From assembly GCA_012295275.1 (NCBI GenBank), contig CM022665.1, forward strand, positions 40,052,001-40,116,000: a stretch of 64,000 nucleotides of DNA, in the 5' to 3' direction. Below are positions 39,279-52,939 of the stretch, one piece after another. The notes beneath the pieces are model-generated. The model worked only from the letters and a program-made list of their open reading frames with translations. It searched no databases and was not told the origin of the DNA. Position 1 is the stretch's first letter. Every line of letters starts with the position of its first letter. Source of the DNA: Chrysomallon squamiferum. Lineage: Eukaryota > Animalia > Mollusca. Made by a program: the position numbers and the translations under genes.

Positions 39279-40655
39279 TCATTTTTCATACACATCGTGC
39301 AAATGCATTAAAAAGCTCCCGAATAATACTGAAAACAGTATTTAAGTACAGTTTTATAAATGAACGAAATATATTAAATTTCATGTTAACCGATGCTAAA
39401 TAATTATTAAAAAATGATTAGAAAATGCAGTTATTTATTATCGGTTTCACACTTTTTTTTTTTTTCTATTCACATGTAAAATGTTCAGATAGGAATGTTC
39501 TTAAAATAACTTATTATCACACGATATCATTTTAATGTATGTATCAATAGTAAATACAAGTTGAGAATTATTTATCCGAAATCCTTCTGATTTCAGAATT
39601 TTTCAAATTTTCAATTATCAGAATCAAATTCTAAATACCAATTCCTTTATTTTTTTATGTACAGCTTATAAAAAGCCTGCAGGAATAATTTTGTGCATAA
39701 AATAAAATCTGTGTATGAAAAACAGTCCACACACTAATATATCACCATTTCTACTGCTCAGAAAAGGTTACGGTTTGAGAATTTCAGAAAAGGGACCCTC
39801 AGCCTGCACAGTAATAGTAATACTAATGACTGTCATGTGTGATTTTGATTAGAATTTTAACTTGTGTATGCAGCTCTCAGATCTTATTATGTATGTGTGG
39901 GTTAGAGACAGTGGTTATGTATGCGAAGGTGAAAGCAGTGGGTATATGTGTGTGTGCATCAGAGAGAGAATGGGTATGTGAATGAGAGTGAGTACGTATG
40001 TTTGTGGGTGTCTCTCTTCTGTTCATTCTCTTCAAAGAGATAGAGATACATGGAACAAACCCTTGATCGTTGCAACATCACAGGCAAGACAAAGCTTTTC
40101 CGACTTGTGTCGAACTCTGTGGAGTGAAAAACGTAGCAGTTCACCTATGTCTACCTCTGCTGGACTGGCACTTCTGAAGTTGTACAGAGAAAAATAAATA
40201 AATAAATAAATAAATAAATAAACAAACTAATCAGTAAATAAATACATCCTGCTTGTGTGAATGAAGGCAAGAACTGTTTTAAATAACATTGATGTATTTA
40301 TCAGTTTAAAACTGTTCTCTCTCTCCTCAACCCCACTCAGGAATCATGTAAAATTTATGATTTCAAACTATGATTTAGGAAACCCCTCTTACTATACTAC
40401 ACTATGCCTCACTATGCTATATATTATATTGTACTATTTCATGCTATTCTGTTCTATTATGCTGCGTTACGCTATAATATGCTGTGTTATGCTACCTTAA
40501 GCTGGGCCTTGCTGTGCTGTGCTATGTAATTTTTAACATAAATAAACTACTACTACTAATAAAGAACTTGAAACCCACTTTTCTTTGCTTCGATGTGTCA
40601 GTGATTTAAAACTCAACCTCCACAAAATTTCCTGCAAATTCACTTGATATATCAT
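39279..40655 (-). CDS. Candidate spliced microprotein (66 aa), unknown function
   Basis: CAAC-ATG at 40655; exons 40618-40655 (phase 2), 40061-40173 (phase 1) and 39279-39328 with canonical AG/GT. Product MIYQVNLQEILWRSASPAEVDIGELLRFSLHRVRHKSEKLCLACDVATIKVLFGSFLMHLHDVYEK*. Acceptor with strong polypyrimidine tract at 40699-40700 and an upstream non-coding exon ending at 41126. No homology recognised. Confidence 0.45.
39557..39806 (+). mobile_element. Tigger4/Zombi-like MITE
   Basis: TA|CAAGTTGAGAATTATTTATCCGAAAT ... AAGGGACCCTCAGCCTG; shares TACAGCTTATA and TTTTGTGCATAAAATAAA with the 55567 copy. Confidence 0.7.
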
Positions 40656-41125
40656 GTTGAATACTTAAATTACTGCAACTCCTACAGAACTCAGAGACCT
40701 TTCAAAGGAAAAAAAAAAAAGAGATTTATTATTAGGTCTGAAAATTTTCCAAAAGGTTTAGGTTATACATTCAGATTGCGTGCGGTTATTCATTGACATT
40801 TTAAACAAGTTTGGTTTATTTTATCAATTACTTCGTGAAGAATTACAGCATGAAGCAATCTAGGACAACATCACATTTAAATTTCTCGTGATTCATTATT
40901 TAGTAGTGGTCGTAGTAGTAGTAGTAACAATAATGACAAAGTTTGGCGACTTGACGGTATTTCACAGGACCCAGAATTGGAATATTAAGCAATTACATAC
41001 ATTTGATATAGCAGATTAATATAGTTACTATTTTTATTTATTTTTATTTATTTTTAAATTATATTTTTTGCTATTTAATTTTTATTTTAATTATTATTTT
41101 TAGTATTATTAAAGTTATTTCTAAC

Positions 41126-41366
41126 CTTCTCTAGAATGACGCTTTAGCTCTCAAACTTTTCTGTTCCCGCCAGGAAGTATCGATTCTAACGCTGTTCGTC
41201 TGTATCCGGTTTGATATCGCAGAACGAGACTAGTGCCGAGTTGAACGAGACTAGTAGACTGATTTCCTATATTTTGGGGACAAAAATAGGGAACATGCAA
41301 TTTCGCTTTAAAATAAAAATTGTGTATGTTTCAGCATCAGACGACATTTATTAGATTAAATAAAAG
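41126..41366. promoter_or_regulatory. Putative bidirectional promoter (CCNK and the divergent minus-strand unit)
   Basis: CpG-retaining island; outward-facing donors at 41125 (-, AG|GTTAGA) and 41367 (+, AG|GTCAGT); direct repeat GAACGAGACTAGT x2 (41222, 41243); imperfect hairpin 41264-41293. Confidence 0.6.
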
Positions 41367-41680
41367 GTCAGTCTAGTAATTTAAGCCAAGATTGTTTTCG
41401 GTTTTTTCTTTTTCTAAGACCGGGCTATTTACTATATTTGTATATGTAAATTGTAATGCAGGCATCACACTGTGTTTATACTGTTACTATTACTAATAAG
41501 ATGAGTCGTACAACGGTTATAAATTGTAACAGACTGATACAAGTGATAGTGTCCTACTTCTAGTAGTGGTACAACTAGTAACAGCGCAATCACTGTTCGT
41601 GGTTGTCGTCATATCTGTATGAAATAAATTATATTCATAAAATAATTTTCTTTTTGTTTGTTTTAGACTGAAATTCGACA

Positions 41681-44600
41681 ATGCCTTGCTGGTATTTTGA
41701 TAAGAGAGACATCCGTAATTCGCCATCGCTGCATGATAATATCGAATGGCCTGTTGAATCTCGATATAGACGAGAAGGTGCTCGGTTTATTATGGATGCT
41801 GGTACTAAGATGGGATTGTATCCTTTACAGTTTTAAGAAATACTATTTGTTTCTAATTTTTATTTTCGAATCTGTGACAGAGACTATACTGTATATAGCT
41901 TTGATTATTTTAAACATGGTCATCATAATGACAAAAAACTTCACCACCTGCCCACAGTCCTGTAAATTACCAACAAAAAAATCACAACAGCCTCAGAATT
42001 CCTGACAACAAGAACAGGAGTAAGTTTAATGGTAGAAAATCCATCATTATTGCAGGACTCAATTTAGTGTTGGAGGCAGCCAAGTTTGTAAGATGAAGGA
42101 ACCCTCTCAAATATATATTTACTGTAGGTTCACAGAGTTAGCAAATGTCATCAGTTTCAGAAAAGTTCTTACCTGTATCTTCAGAAAGGTGTATATGTAT
42201 GTGGAAAGTAAGAAATAATATATACTACATATTAAATAAATAAAATTAGCTAGTCAGTTGCCTCTAGTCAGTTAACAACTTGCTGTCAAATACAGACAAC
42301 AAAGCTTCAGAACTACTACCAACAATTAAAACCTATAACTACTAACAACAAGCTCAAAATTACCAACAATAAATCCTTAGTTTATCATAGAGGGTTTGAT
42401 TTTAATATGATATACTTGTGTGTCAGTGGTTAGCGTGGTTAGTTTGCTCCAACCTGATTCATCGATATTAAAATCAGTGTGCAATTCATGATCGGATGCC
42501 TTTAACAACTTTGGCCTATGGTCTGCATCATTAGTTTGCATCTTCATTTCAGACAGGTTCATGGTCATAGGTGGTGATGATTTTCTGTTTAGAGCTCAGT
42601 TCCTGCCTAGATGAAACTTTGTCGTTGGTGGTGTTCTGCTCAGTCAGAGACATGAAATGGTTGTGGACCCAGTTCAAAATTCTTTGCTACTTTCCAGCTT
42701 TCCATCAGTTTGCATCCACATTAAATATATGGATTCAACACTACATTTCTTGCTGGCAGTTTGTGGATAGAGTGTTGTATTCGATATTTCAATGCACTTG
42801 TCTGAAACTCCATTCATAGGTGCTTATACAGAAGATATTTTTCACTGCAAAATTGAAGAAAGCCATCATTGTAAATATTGAGGAATATGCTCCATCCTTT
42901 GCACAGTCTTTGCATGCAGTTTCCAAAGATGGTGCAGCAAGTTTGAAACTTTCAAACTGATTATGACTCTCATAATATTGCAGATTGGCAACAAGTTTGA
43001 TACAGGTTTATACTTGAAGCACATTGCATTACTTTCATTTCCCATGCTAGCTACAGATACTGCATTAAAAAGACAATTTTGATTGCCCTTTAAGCAGTAC
43101 CATTTCAGGGGTTCCAAACAGGGGGCTGTTGAGTATGGAATTGTCATATGTGAACTGGAAATGGTGGTTTTATCCAGATATTCCAGATGTGTATCTTTGA
43201 TTTGAATTTTCTCCATGTTCAAGTATGTTCCAGCAACTTCAACCTAGATGGTGCAATAGCTTCTTTCAAGCCACACAGACTGAGCAAATCCAAAACCATC
43301 ATTGACACAGCAGCCTTAGAGACTGATGTCTCCTGTGTGAATTTTCGGTAACATCTTAAGATCCTCCTTTCATACAGCTTGGCATAGAGTGTGTATGTGA
43401 CCATCCTTTGCAGGTACTACAGAAAACAGATGTGTCCTCACATACTGTGCATAGCTAGTTCATTCCAACCAGTTAATATTTTGAGGACATCTTTATGACT
43501 TTCTTCCTAGTCATGGTGAACAGCTTATGAAATAAAGTGGATCAGTATCAGAAATCTGATCAGTAGATCTGTATCCTGCTCATAATAGTAGATGTAAAAC
43601 TTTCATTCTCACACCACTTTTGTATTGTTTAATTTGAAAGGAGACGATCTTGATTAGATAATTCCACATATATTGAATCTGATGGACAAAAGACTGCATT
43701 ACACATATATTTGTAGATGAAACTATATATAGATCTAAGTGAAAGATAATTATATGTGTGGCTAAGGGAATGTGTTATCTTGCTTTTTAGATCTGTTCCG
43801 TAGAGCATTAGCTCAATTTTTTGATACAATTTTTTATTTTACTCCTAGTTCTGATACCAAAAAAAGTTATGTCAAACTGTATAAACTCACTTTTGTTTGT
43901 CAAACTTGCCACATCAAAAAACAAAAAGTTCTGTGTTGTCAATTCTGATTGTCGCTTTCCAAAGGACCTAATACAAAGGAACATTGTTTTAACATGAGCT
44001 AAAAGTACTGTTTACAGATATGCCATTTGCTGGTGTAACTGGTATTAAGCACAAATGGTACATAATATGTAGCTTAAAAGTATTAAAATTGATATTTTCC
44101 TTAACCATATATTCAGACGCTTTGATACTAATGCAACTGGTGTTGTGTATTTCCATAGATTTTACATGTTCCATTCCTTCAAAGAATTTCCAAGATATGT
44201 AAGTTACACTTTTTTAATTGTATATTTAAATTTTTGTGAAAGTGAAAGTGTTAATTGTATTCATATGAAAATTTTCTTAAAACTTTAAAAGAAGCCATAC
44301 AATTTATTTATTTTTTCAAAAATTACATCATATTGTAAAATGTGTAGTGAAGCTAACACAAACATATTTGTTATGCATTTACAACAAAAAGCTTGGCTCA
44401 AATCATTTTATTTGAAGCTTTAATTGTATGTTTCCATATATTAACTGTATTCCTGCATAATTTTCTTTAAAATATTTGTTTTCCTTTTCTAACAATTTGA
44501 AATTAAGTTAAATGATATAAATGCATAATTCAGATTTAAAAAAAAAAAAAATTAAATATTATTTAAAATAAGTTACATGATGTGAATATATAATTAGGAT

Positions 44601-47600
44601 TTTTTACAATTTAAATATGTTTGTTTTATAATGTTGTTAAGGTGACTGCTGCCTGTTGTCTTTTCCTTGCTGGAAAAGTTGAAGAGACACCAAAGAAATG
44701 CAAAGACATCATCAAAATATCTCAGAGTTTACTGACCCCTCAGCAGTTTTCAACATTTGGGAGTGATCCAAAGGTTTGCACTGCAGAACACAGTATTTTA
44801 TTTCAAAATAAATATTTGACATCTTAATGTGTATAGCTCAACTTGTGGTGTAACCCTTGAAGTGTCTTATAATTTTTTTGTGTTTTGTTCATCCCACTTT
44901 TCTGGAAATTTGTAAAAATCCTTGTTTAAATGACATTCTGTATTTAGTTAGTTAGTGAAATCATAAATTTATATTTAGCAGAATTTTACATCTATTGCAA
45001 ATTTATTTTCCATTTTTAAAGTTTTACCATTGTTTCATAAGTGACTTGTATGAATAAATACCTTTAAATAAAATTGTGTTATACTTTTTTAAAAAGTCCT
45101 ACATTTTTGCACAAGACACTGAGCACAGTTAGGCAATCAGTAAATTTAGAAATGTCTTATAAAATGATTCAGAATCGTGGAAAAAATTTCATCACAAAAA
45201 TGTAGTATGATTAATTTTATTTAAGAACAAATTTGTATTTTAGGGAGAAAACATATGATATTTTATTTATTTATTTACATTTTATACTTTAATTTAAAAC
45301 TAAAATATAATTCTTTCATTTGTTAACTAATTGCTTTCTGTAAATTTATTTTGAATGGTTCTGTGTTCTAGGAAGAAGTTATGACACTGGAAAGAGTTCT
45401 GCTACAGACTATTAAATTTGACCTACAAGTTGAACACCCATATGGCATTCTTCTCAAGTATGCAAAATTTCTCAAAGGTGAGATTTTGATTTCTATTAAA
45501 TTGGAATTTTCGAGTATTATTCAGTTAAAACAGAACCTTCACAATTTCCTATAATTACTGAAGTATTTAAATTAAAAATCTTTTTTTTTTCTTCAGATAA
45601 TTATGGTTGATTTAGTTTATTATGTACAAGAACAGCATTTTAAAAAGACAATAGTATTTGTCCCTCATTTTATTTTTTTCTGGAAAATTTTAAATGTTCA
45701 TAGAAAGATACAGTTAATGACTATAAATGAGCTTACGTGGATTATACTGGTTAGGAACAAAAGTTAGTAGCATTTTTCAACAGGTGACAGGCATTTGAGC
45801 ATATAATTTTGTTTCAAACATGGCTGAAATATATGACATGTATACATTTTCTGAAAGGTGAAATGACATGATATATGTTGTTGAACAAATCTCTCTACAA
45901 AAATCTAAATGTTGCCATTGAATAACAACTAAAAAATGTTGTGAATTTTTTGTTTCAACCTAGATTGTGTATGTGTGTTTATATGTGTGTGTATATATTT
46001 ATATATATATATATATGTATATAGTTGTATATTTAAAAAAAATTAAATGTTATCTTGCACATTCAGTCACCAGAATGTATGTATGCATAATATTCGGCTT
46101 AATTCAAATAACTGAAACACCAAGAGTGGCTTTTGACTCACACATCACTAAATATTTACTTTACTAGGAGACAAAGAACAGATACAGAAGATGGTTCAGA
46201 TGGCTTGGACATTTGTTAATGACAGGTTTGTAATTATAATATTTATTCAGTTAAATTTCCCAGGAATGATTAAATTTCTTTAGTTTATTATTAAGGAATA
46301 GTCAGTAGTTGAATTTCCCTGACATTACTTTGTGATTTTATTATACTGTTGGATTTCTCCAACATCAGTTACAGAAGTGTAAAACATTTTAAGTAATTAA
46401 ATTTCTTCAGTTTATTATTATTTATTATTAAGAAATATGCACTAATGTTTACGTCCAAGGATCAGTCCTATTCAATGCACCTATTAGTATACTTACATTA
46501 TTACTCAGCCTGGCATTTCAGAGGTGTAATACATGCTGTCAGTAGGAATGTGCATAAAAAAGACACTTTCCTGCTACATGGTAAAATCATTCCATAGAGA
46601 GATGATAACTGATTTTTTTTTTTTTTATTGTATCATTATTACATAATCACATGTTGAGGTTTGATAAACATTAATGTACCAAATGTATTGCTGCCTTTCA
46701 TTAAGCATGCTGATTAATTATTAGCAATGTACTGTTAAATATTTTTTTAGAATTTGTACACACACTATAATATAAACTAATTATATATATATATTTACAT
46801 TGCAGTATGTGTACAACACTCTGTTTACAGTGGGAACCAGAAATTATAGCTGTATCTCTCATGTACCTGGCTTCCCGACTCTCTAAGTTTGACATTCAAG
46901 ACTGGGACGGCAAACCAAATATTCCTGGTAGCCGGAAAAAATGGTGGGAATGTTTTATTGAAGATATGTCCATGGAATTGATGGAAGGTACCTCATGCCT
47001 TGGATTTCTGCTTTATTTTGTGTTTTTTGTTTATATAATTTTCAATATATTATTTCTTTTTCCTTTATCTTCTTTTTTTAAATTATTAAAACAGTGTTGT
47101 GTGCTATTGTATAAATATTTTGGAATAAAAAACATTCTGCACGGTAGCCATTAAAAACTGTAAATATCCATTTAAGATGAATTTGTTTATTAATGAAAGA
47201 CTCGTGGACATTTCAGTTTCACACAGATAAATTTAAATTATAAAACAAAACATTTGACAAAGAAAATTGGTGTTTTCTTACTTGTTATTTCCATGTATAA
47301 AAAGGCATGAAACAAGGGGAAAAAATAACATTCTTCTGAGTCTATTAAATTATATTCTTAACAACAGATTTTTGAAAGTGTTGTATGATCAATTATCATT
47401 AATTATTACATTTAATGAAATCCAATGACTGTCTTCTTGCAGACATTTGCCACCAGGTTTTAGATCTGTATTCCAATAAAGGAAAGACAATTGAAGACTC
47501 CCCTCCCCCTAGTCCTCCACCCAAAGAAGGTGGTGCATCAAGAACTCCTGTATCAAGATCAGGGTCTGCAACTCCGAAAAAACAAGTGAGAAAGGTAAGA

Positions 47601-50035
47601 AGCAAACATAGTTAATACTAATTTAATTTATACAGGTATCATCCATCAGATTTATATTCCAAATTTATTTGTGAAGCTTCCAATTATACTCTGTTGCAAG
47701 TGTGGGACTTTTGGTTCTGAAGAGATCATCAGACTGTTTTTATAATTTTAAGACATTAGTTTAAAATTTTCATTTAGAAAAATCTATAGAAAGAAATATC
47801 TATTTGTTAACAGGTAACTATTAATAAATGTATCATCCACATTTAGCAGAAATATTACACGTTATTTTTTTATGGCACTGTTAAAGGAGATTCCACAAGA
47901 CAAGGAGTTAGAAGCAAATAGAAAAACTGTGGCAAGTATCAGCCTTCTGCAGCTGCATGCATTTCCTTACGCTTGTATCCAGTCAACATTTTAATTTTTC
48001 TGCAGCTTCTTCTTCTTCTGCATTCCCAAAGCTAAGCTCAGACTTCCAGTCCTGTTCTCCTTATGAAATCTGCTGTCTCTTTATGGGATGTCATTGATCC
48101 TAAAGGCTTCTGGTTTAGGTCTACTAGGTTCAGCCAGATTTCTTGTCACAGGACTGAAGAATGTGTTTAGGCATTTGGGTTTTCTGCAACTAACCACTTA
48201 TACTTAGTTTTGTCTAAACTAGTTTTCCTTTTATACATATATATATACATACATATTTACAAAAATGACATGTTTCATGTAGTTCTAGTCTTTGCCTTTT
48301 CTTACTTTACTTTGGTTTCTGTGTCTGATAGAAGCTCTCTAGTGAATGCAAATTATAGCTGTCCTCTTCTATTTCTTCCTAGACTTTTGTAGCTAGTGTG
48401 CAGGCAGATATATCCATCTTTAGTTTCTTTTTTGTGTGTGGCATCTTTCTCTATGAGAGTCTTGTGACTGGAATCTACAATTTTTTATTATTAGTAGTAT
48501 TTAGTTTTTTAAATATATTTTTAAAATTCTTTATCATTACTGGTAGGCATGTATATACATATACTCATGCAAACACACACACACACACACAGATACATTA
48601 TATTTTATACAGAAACATATGTATATACACAATGTCATAAGTGTGCAAGCATGTATATCAGCATGTATAATTAGATTTTGTAATCAATTAAGATTGTAAT
48701 CAATGTCAGAAAACATCTTTTATTATCTTTTTTACTTACATTTTATGTTTATACAGAAAGAAGAGAATGTTTTTTTTTTGTTTTTTTTGTAAAACAATAC
48801 TTCTTATTAACAAACAAAAAATGTATAACTGACAATAAAAATAAAATTTCCCTGTTAATTGCAATTTAAATAAAATATTTACAGAAAATATCTTTAGTTT
48901 GTCAGTGCAGAAGTTGATTTACATTAACTGAAGCCTGATGATGTTTTAAACAAATATAAATAATATTATGGGCTGAATGTCAATTATTTATTATTAATTC
49001 CATTGCTAGAAATTATTGTTATTTCTATATATGGAAATACATTATTATTATATTTCTGACGAATGAAAGTTTAACAGATTATTGGTATGACTTCATACTG
49101 ATAAAAATAGTTTTATTACAGACAGAAAGTTTCAATGCAGTTTTACTCCAAACAGAAGTGAATAAATAATTAATATTATTTGTCTGCAGATTCCCAAAGT
49201 TGAACCTCAACATAGCCGTCATGCAAACGATGCAAAGAAACCAGTGAAAGTGGAGGCCAAGCAGCACAAGATTGAACCTATCAGGGCAACGAAAAGACGT
49301 GTAGAGCCTATTTCTGAAAAAGAGGCAGAAGTAGCTCCACCTCCAGCCAGTACTGCCAGCATTCCTCCTGTTGCCATGCCTCCTTCATCTCAACCTCCAA
49401 TATCAGAAGGAGGAAACAGTGAACAGTACACAATGTTTAATCCTTACGTTTCAACAGGAATGTATGCATCATCGTTCATGTCTCAGGAAGGTTCCCAAAA
49501 CATTCAGACTCTTCTGACAGGTGGCCCTCCACCACCCGTTGCTCCTCCCCCTAATCAGTACCCACAGTACCCAATGACTCAGCCCCCACCAACAGCTAAC
49601 CCTGGATACCCTCCTGGTTACCAGCAAACGGGATATGTCCAACCGCCCCCAGTTTCTTATCCTCAGCCGAACTACCCACCAGTCAGTTCAGTTCCCTCCA
49701 ACATGCCATACAACGGATCATATCAGGTGCCTCCCAACTATTCTGCCCCACTACCCATTTATCCCAATCCACCTCCACCAGCGCAGCCTGGTTACCAGCC
49801 TCCTCCTCAGTCGTTTCCACCCTACCAGCAGTATCCCCCTCCTCCGGCACCTCCTGGTCAGTACCCTCCAAACCAGGTCCCTCCTCCACCTGGACCCATG
49901 GGAGATCCACGACAGCCTGTGCCTTCTGGTCATAACTACAAAGCGCCAAGAAGTTCATGGAGCCAAGCAACTACATCATCAACTTCCACTGGACTGGCCA
50001 CAGTCCGCATCACAGGGACATCAGGCAGGAGATAA
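41681..50035 (+). CDS. CCNK: Cyclin K, 8 coding exons, 564 aa, Pro-rich C-terminal tail
   Basis: Exons 41681-41817, 44117-44198, 44642-44773, 45372-45477, 46168-46225, 46806-46987, 47443-47594, 49190-50035, all phases consistent. Motifs [102 protein letters not shown]. Confidence 0.97.
41818..44116 (+). other. U12-type (minor spliceosome) GT-AG intron in CCNK
   Basis: 5' splice site GTATCCTTT at 41818; branch site TTCCTTAAC at 44097-44105 close to the CAG at 44114-44116; no polypyrimidine tract; flanking exon frames join (TT+A = Leu). Confidence 0.93.
42640..43220 (-). pseudogene. Vertnin/OTU-like cysteine protease domain relic (transposon-derived), frameshifted
   Basis: [19 protein letters not shown] (cf. 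GDGNCLF Cys motif), GAYSSI, and [10 protein letters not shown] (cf. WxPNHFVPL His motif) lie in order on the minus strand, with stops and frameshifts between them. Confidence 0.6.
48006..48190 (-). mobile_element. 5'-truncated Ingi/I-group non-LTR retrotransposon 3' end
   Basis: Minus strand gives [15 protein letters not shown]...LNQKPLGS...[14 protein letters not shown] followed by a (GAA)n tail. Confidence 0.55.
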
Positions 50036-50252
50036 AAAGAGTCCTTTGTCATTTGCTATGAAATACTGCCATAGTTTGTGTGTGAATGACATGTCTATGG
50101 GCTAGTTGGGAATGTATTTTGGAAAACAGTATGGTGTTTTCAGATGGTTTAGAACATTATTTGAAACATCTGAGAAAACTGGTTTCAGGTATTTTAAAAT
50201 AGTAATGCAAAAATCTTGGTTAATTTATTTCATTTATTTTTAAATATATCCA

Positions 50253-50253
<1 letters not shown>

Positions 50254-50336
<83 letters not shown>

Positions 50337-50378
50337 TATTACTATTATTACTATTAGTATTATTATTATTATTATTAC

Positions 50379-50424
<46 letters not shown>
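50254..50424. repeat. (TTA)n microsatellite in probable CCNK 3' UTR
   Basis: TTA/CTA run 220 nt after the stop codon, upstream of AATAAA at ~50566. Confidence 0.95.
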
Positions 50425-51843
50425 GTACAAAAATCATAAATTAGTTAATAATAATAACTAGTTTATTTTTTGTGTTTATTAACATGGTTAAAGAATAATA
50501 TTCTGAAGATGAAAATAAAATTATGACTGGGTATTTGTTTGTTTTGTATGGGTAATGACATACACAATAAATCATTCTGTTTTCCTGTTTGTCTACAAGC
50601 ACTGTTTACTGATTCAAAGTAATTTGATTAAATATGAGTTTTTGTGCACATCCAGCAATTATCAGTATTTGTAAATGTTCATAAAGATGTGTATATGTAT
50701 ATCACAAAATGATAGTTGAATGTTTAATTCTTAATTCATTAATCAGCACAAAAGAACAGTATTTTTGTATGTTGTTGCACTTTTACAAAACAGAAATAAT
50801 AAAATTAAAATGTATGCAAATGTTGGTAATACTAAGTATTATTGATTTGTAATAGCCTGGAATGGAATTTGTGAATAAAACATGAAAATATTGAATAAAG
50901 ATTTTATTATTATTATTTATTTATAATTATTTTTGTTTGTATTTTAATTTTTAATTTTTATTTTTTTTATTATTATTATTGGAGATAAAAGATGTTTAAG
51001 AGTCTTTTAATTCAGAGTTAAGAAAACATTTATTATTTCTAGAACTTTAAAGTGGCATAATAAAAGAAATCTATACAGAAACATTTCTTCTCAACCTTAA
51101 TTAGCACTCAGGTTTGAGAAATCTTTTTTTCTCTTCTTCTTTTTTTTAAATTGATTATATATATTGCAGGAAATGGGTATAATTAATGAAAATGCAGAAA
51201 ATATGTGTAAAATCACTGAACTTAAATTAATGTGGCAAAAGCTGGTGATGATCCATGGGAAACCTAGCTGTCTATAGAAAGATATTAAGGACATGCTTGT
51301 TTGTTGGTTAGAAGAACAATACAACTGAATGGATTGCTAGACTCAAATTTGTTCAGTTTCAGAAAAACTCTGGTCTTCACAGTGGAATTTAGTGTTCCTC
51401 ATTTGCAGCACTGTTGGATTCTGGTGCTCTCACTAGCCTATCACAATCTAGCCTCCATCCTGAAATTCTCCACTGATTGGTGAATGATCTACTTGCAGCA
51501 TTGCATTACCATTTTTTCCTGAGTGAATCAGACATTACGCGCATATTTTCTGAAACGATACATATTTCCTGTAACACTAATGCATTTACATATGTCAAAA
51601 GTTTATGACTTTCATTATGAACTGGTTGTTTATTTTCAGTCACATTAATATAATTAAACAAATACATTATTTATCATTTTTGAAATTATATTTTTATTTC
51701 ACTTGTCATGCCTTCATCCATATGTATTAAACAAACGTACATCTGCTGTGAGATGTTCTTTTTATATAATTGGATATTTTGTATATGAAAATTATATTTG
51801 ATCAAAGTAAAGAGAATAAAATCAAAAAAAATTTGTTGGTTTT

Positions 51844-51890
<47 letters not shown>

Positions 51891-52004
51891 ATTAGAATAC
51901 TGCATTTGTTAAAGCAATATCTTAAACATTACTTAGGGTTTAAGAACTTGCCAGGCCACTCTTCTGAATCTTCAGTATTTTCCATGTATAATTTAGATAT
52001 ATAT

Positions 52005-52621
52005 ATTAATTGTATGTTTTAAAGAATTATTTATTAGATAGCCTCAAATAACAACTGTGGGATATCTGGAAAAAAAACCCACATAAATTTGAAAATGTAT
52101 TATTATAATTAAGACCTTTATCTTTAAAAAATTATATATTAATTAATTTTTAAAAAAATAAAATTATAGGATAACATTATGATATCATTCGGTCATTAAA
52201 ATTCCATACACACTGACCTGAAGCAAAAACAGGGAAAAGAAATTTTATTTCATATACTTCAACAATTACTAAATGCATAATAAAGTTTTTACATTATGTT
52301 TTTGAAAAACATTAATCGTATGTTTTAAAGAATTATTTATTAGATAGCCTCAAATAACAACTGTGGGATATCTGGAAAAAAACCCCACATAAATTTGAAA
52401 ATGTATTATTATAATTAAGACCTTTATCTTTAAAAAATTATATATTAATTAATTTTAAAAAAAATAAAATTATAGGATAACATTATGATATCATTCGGTC
52501 ATTAAAATTCCATACACACTGACCTGAAGCAAAAACAGGGAAAAGAAATTTTATTTCATATACTTCAACAATTACTAAATGCATAATAAAGTTTTTACAT
52601 TATGTTTTTGAAAAACATTAA
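52005..52621. repeat. Near-identical 306-bp direct tandem duplication
   Basis: 52005-52310 repeats at 52311-52616 with only a few differences. Confidence 0.95.
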
Positions 52622-52939
52622 AAAAAAATTAATAATAATAACATACACTAGTAAGTTTATGGTAGATGTTATGCAATGATTAAAATATTAACCCACCCAT
52701 CCATCCACCCTTAGAGAAGAAAACAAATCTCTGTCATTCTAACAAAAAATAAAACAAAAAGAAACAACCACAGACATTCAAATGATGGTAACTATTATTA
52801 TTCACTTCTGAGAGCGAGCACTGCATATATTTGTGGTTTTTTTTTACTGAACAAATTAACCTTTTAATAACTATTATTAAATGGCTAATTTGTTCTGTTA
52901 AAAACATAATAATAATAATAAATACATAAATATATGCTC

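Noticed and set aside
48935-48976. Intronic C/D box snoRNA (TGATGA...CTGA)
   Set aside because: Too short, AT-only interior, no terminal stem or recognisable guide.
49635-50105. Alternative-frame and antisense ORFs over the last CCNK exon
   Set aside because: Expected by-product of a GC-rich, Pro-rich exon with few stop codons.
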